From the NCBI RefSeq assembly GCF_024502345.1, contig NZ_JALDNN010000001.1: a stretch of DNA of 64,000 nucleotides; one strand, 5' to 3'. The first letter of the stretch is position 1. Each line of letters opens with the position of its first letter. Position numbers and translations under genes: made by a program. This DNA comes from Escherichia coli (GTDB lineage Bacteria > Pseudomonadota > Gammaproteobacteria > Enterobacterales > Enterobacteriaceae). The notes under the pieces are model-generated. The model was not told where the DNA came from. It saw only the letters and a list, made by a program, of their open reading frames with translations, and did not search any database. Below are positions 56,836-64,000 of the stretch, one piece after another.

Positions 56836-57159
56836 ATGTCTCAGACTGAGCGTCGTTATGACCGCCTGTCTGTCCGGCTTTCTCTGATTATCAGCCGTCT
56901 GCTCGCGGGTGAAACGCTGAATATGCGCAAACTGGCCGCTGAGTTTGGCGTCTCGGAGCGTACCCGCCAGCAGTCAGCGGCTGTGGCGTCACAATACACC
57001 AACGTTGCTACAGAGGATGACCAGAACACACATTTTCGCCTGGTGGTCCGGGATACCGACGGCAGGATGCACTGGCGGGCCAGGAACTTTGAGCCGGAGG
57101 CGGGTTACTGGCTGAACCGCTATCTCACCAGCGATGGCATTCGCAGAGCCACAACGTAA
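56836..57159 (+). CDS. Hypothetical protein with a helix-turn-helix-like N-terminus
   Basis: 107-aa ORF ...[29 protein letters not shown]...; possibly a fragment. Confidence 0.35.
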   Translation: MSQTERRYDRLSVRLSLIISRLLAGETLNMRKLAAEFGVSERTRQQSAAVASQYTNVATEDDQNTHFRLVVRDTDGRMHWRARNFEPEAGYWLNRYLTSDGIRRATT

Positions 57160-57278
57160 TACATACTACCGTTACCTTCAGCATACCACCCGCAACGATG
57201 TTATAAACAGAGCTAGGCCACACCTCCTTCGGGAAGTGTGGCCTTTCGTATTTTTATCGAGAGAATAAGGAGTTATCC

Positions 57279-58097
57279 ATGCGACTCGCCAGCCGCTTTG
57301 GCCGTATCAATCAGATCCGCCGCGACCGCCCCTTAACCCATGAAGAATTAATGCAGGTTGTTCCCAGCGTCTTCGGGGAAGGTAAGCACGTGTCCCGTTC
57401 AGACCATTACAGCTACATACCGACCATTACCCTGCTGGAGAACCTGCAGCGTGAAGGATTCCAGCCATTCTTTGCCTGCCAGACCCGCGTCAGGGACCAG
57501 AGCCGCCGTGAGCATACGAAACATATGCTGCGCCTGCGTCGCTCCGGGCAGATAACCGGTCAGCAGGTGCCGGAAATTATCCTGCTCAATTCGCATGACG
57601 GTTCGTCCAGTTACCAGATGTTGCCGGGGTATTTCCGTGCCATCTGTACCAACGGTCTCGTCTACGGGCAGTCATTTGGCGAGGTGCGAGTGCCACACCG
57701 GGGAAATGTCGTGGAGAAAGTGATTGAAGGCGCTTACGAAGTCCTCGGTGTGTTCGACCGGGTGGAAGAGAAGCGTGATGCGATGCAGTCGCTTTTACTC
57801 CCGCCACCGGCACAACAGGCTTTTGCCAGAGCCGCGCTGACGTACCGCTTCGGGGAAGAGCACCAGCCGGTGACGGAAGCGCAGATACTGACACCCCGCC
57901 GCTATAAAGACCGTCAGGATGACCTGTGGTCAGTTTTTAATCGGTGCCAGGAGAACCTGCTCAAAGGGGGGCTGCCAGGACGTACTGCCAAAGGCAAACG
58001 CAGCCATACCCGCGCGGTGAAAGGCATCGACGGCGACGTTAAGCTCAACCGGGCACTCTGGGTGATGGCGGAAAAACTGCAGCAGGCGCTGAGCTGA
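57279..58097 (+). CDS. DUF932-family protein (YfjQ/YafZ-like) of a CP4-like prophage remnant
   Basis: 272-aa ORF at the position this family occupies in CP4-type elements; assignment from recalled family resemblance. Confidence 0.6.
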   Translation: MRLASRFGRINQIRRDRPLTHEELMQVVPSVFGEGKHVSRSDHYSYIPTITLLENLQREGFQPFFACQTRVRDQSRREHTKHMLRLRRSGQITGQQVPEIILLNSHDGSSSYQMLPGYFRAICTNGLVYGQSFGEVRVPHRGNVVEKVIEGAYEVLGVFDRVEEKRDAMQSLLLPPPAQQAFARAALTYRFGEEHQPVTEAQILTPRRYKDRQDDLWSVFNRCQENLLKGGLPGRTAKGKRSHTRAVKGIDGDVKLNRALWVMAEKLQQALS

Positions 58098-58364
58098 TGC
58101 CACCGCTGCCTGATAACGCCCACCCGGTCGCCATTTATCCTGCCCCCTGGAGAACAACCCCGGCAGCCGCTCCATCTCCGATGACGACCTGTGCGCCTAT
58201 GCTCACACCTTCTTTATCGTCCCGGTGAACTCAGTTTCTGCCGGTTAAGTCTCGCTGACGGCCACTGGCCCTCACACTGTGATGAAGACGGCTATGCGCA
58301 GTCATGTCCGTCACTCCGATTGAACCAGTATCCCCAACACAATGAATGAAAGAGGAAAAACAAC

Positions 58365-58835
58365 ATGACCGATAACACTCTGCCACTGTTCACACCCGCA
58401 GCAGATGCTCTTGCTGCGGCTCAGCATCAGATTATCGCTATACCGGTAACCGATGAGAACCGCATCAGCTTCTGGCCGCAGCACTTTGGCAGCATTCCGC
58501 AGTGGATAATCCTTGAGCCGACCATCTTCGCGTGGATGGACCGCTTCAGCACGGACTACAACGGCGGCATCTGGAATTTTTACACGCTGAGCAACGGCGG
58601 TGCGTTTATGGCCCCGGAAGTGGAGAACGATGAACTCTGGTCGCTGTTTAACACGATGAACGGCAACGGCGGTGACATGAGTGCTGAAGCTGCAGGGATT
58701 GCGGTCTGTCTGATGGCTTACAGCCACCATGCCTGCCGTACCGAATGCGACGCCATGACGGAGCACTACTACCGCCTGCGGGACTACGCGCTCAACCACG
58801 CGGAATGCAACGCCATCATGCACATCATCGACTGA
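58365..58835 (+). CDS. Antirestriction protein (KlcA/ArdB family; YfjX/YafX-like)
   Basis: 156-aa ORF with family-typical blocks ([25 protein letters not shown]). Confidence 0.7.
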   Translation: MTDNTLPLFTPAADALAAAQHQIIAIPVTDENRISFWPQHFGSIPQWIILEPTIFAWMDRFSTDYNGGIWNFYTLSNGGAFMAPEVENDELWSLFNTMNGNGGDMSAEAAGIAVCLMAYSHHACRTECDAMTEHYYRLRDYALNHAECNAIMHIID

Positions 58836-58846
58836 GGTCAGCCGCT

Positions 58847-59326
58847 ATGGAGCAACAGTTACCGTTGTTTGCCCGTGAATTAGCCCCTGCCGACCTGCAG
58901 ACAGTCAGGAAAGCCTTATCTCTGTTGAAGTGCCAGCTACGTGAAACCGGGGCGTCATTTACTTCCAGCCATGCCGTCCGCGACTGGCTGCGCCTGCAGC
59001 TCGCGTCACTGGAGCGGGAAGAGTTTACCGCGCTCTTTCTCGATAACCAGCATCGCCTGATAGCCCACGAAACGCTATTTACCGGCACCATCAACCATAC
59101 GCAGGTCCATCCCCGCGAAGTGGTGAAGGCCGGTCTGAAGCATAACTGCGCCGCTGTCATTGTCGCCCATAGCCATCCCTCCGGGGAGGCTGAACCCAGC
59201 AAGGCAGACCGTCAGGTCACTACGCGTATTCAGCAGGCGCTGGACCTGGTTGATATCCGCCTGCTGGACCACCTGGTGGTCGGCGGCATGGAGATCACCT
59301 CGTTTGCAGATCGTGGCTGGCTGTAG
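58847..59326 (+). CDS. RadC-like JAB/MPN-domain protein (YeeS/YfjY/YkfG family)
   Basis: Start [12 protein letters not shown]... (ATG 58847); JAMM motif [19 protein letters not shown]. Confidence 0.85.
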   Translation: MEQQLPLFARELAPADLQTVRKALSLLKCQLRETGASFTSSHAVRDWLRLQLASLEREEFTALFLDNQHRLIAHETLFTGTINHTQVHPREVVKAGLKHNCAAVIVAHSHPSGEAEPSKADRQVTTRIQQALDLVDIRLLDHLVVGGMEITSFADRGWL

Positions 59327-59346
59327 CACAACAGGAGAATAACCCA

Positions 59347-59568
59347 ATGAAAATTATCAGTAAACGTCAGGCTATGGCGATATACCGCCAGCATCCGCAG
59401 TCCCGGTTGTTTCCCTTCTGCACGGGTAAATACAAATGGTCTGGCAGCATCTGCCACTACGCCGGGCAGGAGGTTCAGGATATCAGCGGTGTGCTCGCGG
59501 TCTTCGCTGAACGCCGTCAGAACCGCAACGGCCACTATGTCGTATTACGCAGCGTCACGCTGAATTAA
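59347..59568 (+). CDS. DUF987-family small protein (YeeT/YkfH-like)
   Basis: 73-aa ORF between the radC-like gene and the antitoxin gene, as in CP4-type elements. Confidence 0.65.
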   Translation: MKIISKRQAMAIYRQHPQSRLFPFCTGKYKWSGSICHYAGQEVQDISGVLAVFAERRQNRNGHYVVLRSVTLN

Positions 59569-59591
59569 CACACGTTTAAGGAAGGTTAAAA

Positions 59592-59951
59592 TTGTCGAAT
59601 AAAACACCGATAGTAAACCACGATGTCACTGAACCCTGGTGGGGGCTTAAACGCAGTATCACGCCCTGTTTTGGCGTACGGCTGGTGCAGGCGGGCAACT
59701 GTCTGCATTATCTCGCTGACCGGGCCAGCATCACCGGACAGTTCAGCGACGCGGATTTACGGCATCTCGACCAGGCATTTCCACTGCTGCTCAAACAGCT
59801 TGGACTGATGCTCACCAGCGGTGAACTCACTCCCCGCCATCAGCACTGTGTCACGCTCTATGCAAAAGGGCTGACCTGCGAGGCCGACTCCCTCGGCTCG
59901 CATGGTTACGTATACCTGGCGATTTATCCGACACCAGCGGCAACCGCGTAA
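59592..59951 (+). CDS. CbeA/YeeU-family antitoxin (type IV TA)
   Basis: TTG-start 119-aa ORF with PWWGL...[19 protein letters not shown]...[21 protein letters not shown] blocks. Confidence 0.8.
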   Translation: MSNKTPIVNHDVTEPWWGLKRSITPCFGVRLVQAGNCLHYLADRASITGQFSDADLRHLDQAFPLLLKQLGLMLTSGELTPRHQHCVTLYAKGLTCEADSLGSHGYVYLAIYPTPAATA

Positions 59952-60001
59952 AGCTTCTTACTACTTACCCTCGTTTTACCCATCAACAAAGAGATCCCAC
60001 T

Positions 60002-60379
60002 ATGCAAACCCAACCACTATCCTCAACGCAGGAGGCTACATCACGCCCGTCACCGGTGGAGATCTGGCAACAGCTTCTGAGCCACCTGTTGGATCGTCAC
60101 TACGGTCTGACGCTTAACGACACGCCGTTTGGCAACGACGGTGTGATTCAGGAGCATATCGACGCCGGTATATCACTGTGCGACGCCGTGAATTTTATTG
60201 TGGAGAAGTACGATCTGGTGCGCATCGATCGTCACGGTTTCAGTACAGAAACACAGTTGCCGCGTCTCACCAGTATCGATATTCTCCGCGCCCGCAAAGC
60301 CACCGGGTTGATGACTCGCAACGATTACAGAACGGTGACCGACATCACCACCGGTAAATACCGTGGGGGGCATCGATGA
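60002..60379 (+). CDS. CbtA/YeeV-family toxin (type IV TA, cytoskeleton-targeting)
   Basis: 125-aa ORF ...[30 protein letters not shown]...[17 protein letters not shown]...[18 protein letters not shown]. Confidence 0.8.
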   Translation: MQTQPLSSTQEATSRPSPVEIWQQLLSHLLDRHYGLTLNDTPFGNDGVIQEHIDAGISLCDAVNFIVEKYDLVRIDRHGFSTETQLPRLTSIDILRARKATGLMTRNDYRTVTDITTGKYRGGHR

Positions 60380-60867
60380 AGTTATCCCTGACGGTAGAAG
60401 CCGACGCCATCAACGTTCTGGCCCTGAATGCGGGCCGAATCGCTGTGGATATTGACGGCATTGAACTGGCTGCGCTGATCGATGTGGTCTGTGATAACGG
60501 TTATTCCCTTCGCGTTGCTGACTCCCCCGGAAAGCTGGTCGTTGAAGATCCGCTTCCACCCGTCGCCCGCGTTAATGGCATCCAGTGCAGTACCGCGCAT
60601 ATTACGGAGGAAGACAACGCTCTGCTGTTTACTCTTTCACACCAGAATGAAGACTTTGGTGAGTCGGAATGGATTAGTTACACCGGGTCGGGTTATCTGC
60701 TCCACCTGGGTGCCTGGTCATTTCCGGTCTTACGCCTCAAACGTCTCGGTCTGTCGAAAGCCTGCCGTCGGTTAGTAGTGACGCTTATCCGTCGCTACGC
60801 CGTTGGCATTGTTCATCTGGATGCCTTTGGCGCAGTGCTGCCGGGCTTTGACATTTTCGACTGGTAA
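60376..60867 (+). CDS. Hypothetical protein translationally coupled to the CbtA-like toxin gene
   Basis: 163-aa ORF whose ATG overlaps the toxin stop (ATGA); family not recognised. Confidence 0.4.
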   Translation: MKLSLTVEADAINVLALNAGRIAVDIDGIELAALIDVVCDNGYSLRVADSPGKLVVEDPLPPVARVNGIQCSTAHITEEDNALLFTLSHQNEDFGESEWISYTGSGYLLHLGAWSFPVLRLKRLGLSKACRRLVVTLIRRYAVGIVHLDAFGAVLPGFDIFDW

Positions 60868-60898
60868 ATCTTCTCACCAATAAGCACAGGATATTCTC

Positions 60899-61102
60899 AT
60901 GGAGAAATTAACCACCGAAGTGGCTCTCAACGTTCTGATTGACTGGCTGCAGGACAACATCGATTGTGGGAACATGATTATTTTCGACAACGACGAAGAC
61001 AACACCGATTCAGCAGTGCTGTTGCCCTGGATTGAACGTGCGCGTCAGGACGTTCGCGATCTCCGTCATCTTCAACTTCTGCGACAGACCAGTACAAATT
61101 AA
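60899..61102 (+). CDS. Hypothetical small acidic protein
   Basis: 67-aa ORF MEKLTTEVALNVLIDWLQDNIDCGNMIIFDNDED... Confidence 0.35.
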   Translation: MEKLTTEVALNVLIDWLQDNIDCGNMIIFDNDEDNTDSAVLLPWIERARQDVRDLRHLQLLRQTSTN

Positions 61103-61182
61103 CCACCGAACAGTACTCATCACTTACTCATAATCGCCAGCCCTCACCGGCTGGCGCTTTGCTTTATATAAGGAACGAAATA

Positions 61183-62034
61183 ATGTCAGAGCTTACTCTC
61201 ACCAAACCCGAAGTATTAACCGGCCACACCGACGTGATTTGCTCCACCAGCATTGAGCGTATTGTCACCGGACGTAATGCCGCACTGGCGCAGATTGAAG
61301 CGCTGATACAACAACTTGACACTATTTCAACGCTGACCCGCAGTATCGGGGGAAAAACCGCGTTGGACTGGGCTATGAAGCAGGATTTCCGTTGTGGCTG
61401 CTGGCTGATGGAGAAACCAGAAGCAGCGCTGAAGGCCATTACCCGTAATCTCGATCGCAGCATATGGCGAGACCTGATGAAGAAGTCGGGCATGCTTTCG
61501 CTCATGGATGCTCAGGCTCGTGAGCAGTGGTACAACAGCCTGGAAAAGGACGATATTCCCGCTGTCAGTGAAGCCAATATCCTCAGTACGTTTGAGCAGT
61601 TGCACCAGAGCAAAGGCGAGGTGTTTGAGCGTGGGGCGATCAACGTGTTTAAAGGGCTGAGCTGGGATTTTAAGAGCAATAGCCCATGTAAGTTCGGGAA
61701 AAAGATCATCGTTACGGGACTGGTCAAATGTGATCGGTGGGGATTTGGGCTTAACTGGGGCTGGCAACGTGATCGGCTTGCAGACCTTGAACGCATGCTG
61801 ATGCTTCTTGATGGCAAACCGGTTCCCGACAACCGCGCTGACGTTACCCGTCGTCTCAGCGATCATATCCATGCTAATCGGCACAGCAATCGTTACGAGG
61901 ACGAGATGTTTGCGATCAAGTACTTTCAGAAGGGGACAGCGCATATCATCTTCAAACGACCAGAGCTGGTTGATAAGCTGAACGACATCATCGCCCGACA
62001 CTATCCGGGAGCACTGCCAGCGAGAAGAGAGTGA
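61183..62034 (+). CDS. DUF4942-like prophage protein
   Basis: Start MSELTLTKPEVLTGHTDVI... (ATG 61183); last gene before aspV. Confidence 0.55.
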   Translation: MSELTLTKPEVLTGHTDVICSTSIERIVTGRNAALAQIEALIQQLDTISTLTRSIGGKTALDWAMKQDFRCGCWLMEKPEAALKAITRNLDRSIWRDLMKKSGMLSLMDAQAREQWYNSLEKDDIPAVSEANILSTFEQLHQSKGEVFERGAINVFKGLSWDFKSNSPCKFGKKIIVTGLVKCDRWGFGLNWGWQRDRLADLERMLMLLDGKPVPDNRADVTRRLSDHIHANRHSNRYEDEMFAIKYFQKGTAHIIFKRPELVDKLNDIIARHYPGALPARRE

Positions 62035-62111
62035 GTTGTCCGATGCTATCTCAGGTAAGCCAGCGCAAGCCGGACGGTAATGGCATACTGGATGGCATAC
62101 CGAAAAAAACA

Positions 62112-62147
62112 GATATAAAAAAGGCCATGCTAATCAATAGCATGGCC
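62112..62147 (-). terminator. Rho-independent terminator of aspV
   Basis: Hairpin ggccatgc...gcatggcc followed on the reverse strand by a T-run (aaaaaa on the forward strand), 8 nt past the tRNA 3' end. Confidence 0.55.
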
Positions 62148-62155
62148 TAGAATAG

Positions 62156-62232
62156 TGGCGGAACGGACGGGACTCGAACCCGCGACCCCCTGCGTGACAG
62201 GCAGGTATTCTAACCGACTGAACTACCGCTCC
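62156..62232 (-). tRNA. aspV: tRNA-Asp (anticodon GUC)
   Basis: Reverse complement reads GGAGCGGTAGTTCAGTCGGTTAGAATACCTGCCTGTCACGCAGGGGGTCGCGGGTTCGAGTCCCGTCCGTTCCGCCA (77 nt with CCA). Confidence 0.97.
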
Positions 62233-62364
62233 GCGTTGTGTTCCGTTGGGAACGAGGCGAATATTACGGATTGCCTCACCCGTCGTCAATGGTTTTTCTC
62301 ATCTTTTGAATCGTTTGCTGCAAAAATCGCCCAAGTCGCTATTTTTAGCGCCTTTCACAGGTAT

Positions 62365-63096
62365 TTATGCTCGCCAGAGGCAGCTTCCGCCTTTCTTCTG
62401 CACCAGATCAAGACGGGCTTCATGTGCTGCAAGCTCTTCATCTGTCGCAAAAACAACGCGTAACTTACTTGCCTGACGTACAATGCGCTGAATTGTTGCT
62501 TCACCTTGTTGCTGTTGTGTCTCTCCTTCCATCGCAAAAGCCATCGACGTTTGACCACCGGTCATCGCCAGATAAACTTCCGCAAGGATCTGGGCATCGA
62601 GTAATGCCCCGTGTAGCGTTCGTTTACTGTTATCTATTTCGTAGCGGGCACATAACGCATCGAGGCTGTTGCGCTTACCAGGAAACATTTTCCTCGCCAC
62701 CGCAAGGCTATCGGTGACCTTACAGAAGGTATTGGTCTTCGGAATATCGCGCTTAAGCAACGAGAACTCGTAGTCCATAAAGCCGATATCGAACGCTGCG
62801 TTATGGATCACCAACTCCGCGCCGCGGATATAGTCCATGAACTCATCGGCTACTTCGGCAAACGTGGGCTTATCGAGCAAAAATTCATCGGCAATACCAT
62901 GTACGCCAAAGGCTTCCGGATCCACCAGCCGATCGGGTTTGAGATAAACATGGAAGTTATTGCCCGTCAGGCGACGGTTCACCACTTCAACGGCACCAAT
63001 CTCAATGATCTTGTGGCCTTCATAGTGCGCACCAATCTGGTTCATACCGGTGGTTTCGGTATCGAGAACGATCTGGCGTGTAATTGCAGTGCTCAT
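62365..63096 (-). CDS. dnaQ: DNA polymerase III epsilon subunit (3'-5' proofreading exonuclease)
   Basis: Start [20 protein letters not shown]... (cat at 63094-63096), giving 243 aa. Confidence 0.95.
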
Positions 63097-63160
63097 AGCG
63101 GTCATTTATGTCAGACTTGTCGTTTTACAGTTCGATTCAATTACAGGAAGTCTACCAGAG

Positions 63161-63628
63161 ATGCTTAAACAGGTAGAAATTTTCACCGATGGTTCGTGTC
63201 TGGGCAATCCCGGACCTGGGGGTTATGGCGCTATTTTACGCTATCGCGGACGCGAGAAAACTTTTAGCGCTGGCTACACCCGCACCACCAACAACCGCAT
63301 GGAGTTGATGGCCGCTATTGTCGCGCTGGAGGCGTTAAAAGAACATTGCGAAGTCATTTTGAGTACCGACAGCCAGTATGTCCGCCAGGGTATCACCCAG
63401 TGGATCCATAACTGGAAAAAACGTGGCTGGAAAACCGCAGACAAAAAACCAGTAAAAAATGTCGATCTCTGGCAACGTCTTGATGCTGCGCTGGGGCAGC
63501 ATCAAATCAAATGGGAATGGGTAAAAGGCCATGCCGGTCATCCAGAAAACGAACGTTGCGATGAACTGGCTCGTGCCGCGGCAATGAATCCCACACTGGA
63601 AGATACGGGCTACCAAGTCGAAGTTTAA
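63161..63628 (+). CDS. rnhA: Ribonuclease HI
   Basis: 155-aa [28 protein letters not shown]... inside the track ORF 63050..63628. Confidence 0.95.
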
Positions 63629-64000
63629 GCCTGTGGTTTACGAAATTGCCGGGTGGCGCCGACCGCCTGGCGAATTCGCGGTTTGTTTTTGCTCTGTTTC
63701 ATCGGGTTGAGCGTTAAAGGAATAGTCCGTTTCCGGGCAACGATAAGTTGTAAGCAACCAAGCGCAGGAATATGCGCGCTCAATAGTTTTCCACCATGTT
63801 TATTCCACGGGAGAACGTGGAAACGGCTGGCGTGTAGCACTTCAAAATTCAACAAAGAGAGCCAGTCCAGTTGCCGCATCAGAGTAAACATCCGGCTGTT
63901 ATAGGGCGAGGTTTTTCGCAATACCGGCACAAGTTTGCGTAATCCCATTAAACTAATGGGATTGAAGCCACTAATCACCAGCCAGCCATCATCAATCAAT
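63625..64000 (-). CDS. yafS: SAM-dependent methyltransferase YafS, 3' portion (gene starts beyond window end)
   Basis: Reverse-strand ORF ending ...[17 protein letters not shown] with stop at 63625; open to the window edge. Confidence 0.8.

Noticed and set aside
61183-62155. Looked for a tyrosine integrase next to the aspV 3' end
   Set aside because: The gene next to the tRNA is a DUF4942-like ORF and no integrase-like ORF occurs in the prophage remnant within this window.

Overview
This window is an Escherichia coli-type chromosomal segment (frsA-gpt-pepD-prfH'-ykfJ'-yafP-dinB-lafU'/lfhA'-rayT-yafL-dinJ/yafQ-yafK-yafJ-gmhA-fadE-ivy-yafV ... aspV-dnaQ-rnhA-yafS) interrupted between yafV and tRNA-Asp (aspV) by a composite accessory island of about 45 kb (roughly 16.9-62.1 kb). 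All calls are by-eye readings of the supplied ORF translations and DNA; no searches or computations were run. From the yafV side the island holds: (i) a 2.5-kb module bounded by H-repeat (ISAs1-family) fragments and by imperfect direct repeats of the yafV 3' end, carrying two unknown small proteins; (ii) a degraded T6SS-type Tle1 (DUF2235) phospholipase effector gene split by an IS903-like element with a perfect 9-bp target duplication, plus a neighbouring lipoprotein; (iii) the main finding: a 29-kb Tn7-like transposon (23617..52626) with Tn7-type asymmetric ends and an intact-looking tnsABCDE set, whose cargo is a complete GC-rich locus of heat resistance / protein-quality-control island (sHsp20, ClpK/ClpG, cardiolipin synthase, FtsH-like, sHsp, YfdX x2, HdeD, Trx, KefB, PAS-GGDEF, PsiE, M48 protease, DegP), itself hit by an IS21-family element that rewrites the kefB start; (iv) a degraded type III Res-like helicase/nuclease module with two unknown partner genes; (v) a CP4-like prophage remnant (DUF932, antirestriction, RadC, DUF987, CbeA/CbtA-type toxin-antitoxin, DUF4942) abutting the 3' end of aspV with no integrase. 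No CRISPR array or rRNA was seen. The high-GC island produces many long antisense ORFs in the track; these are treated as artefacts.
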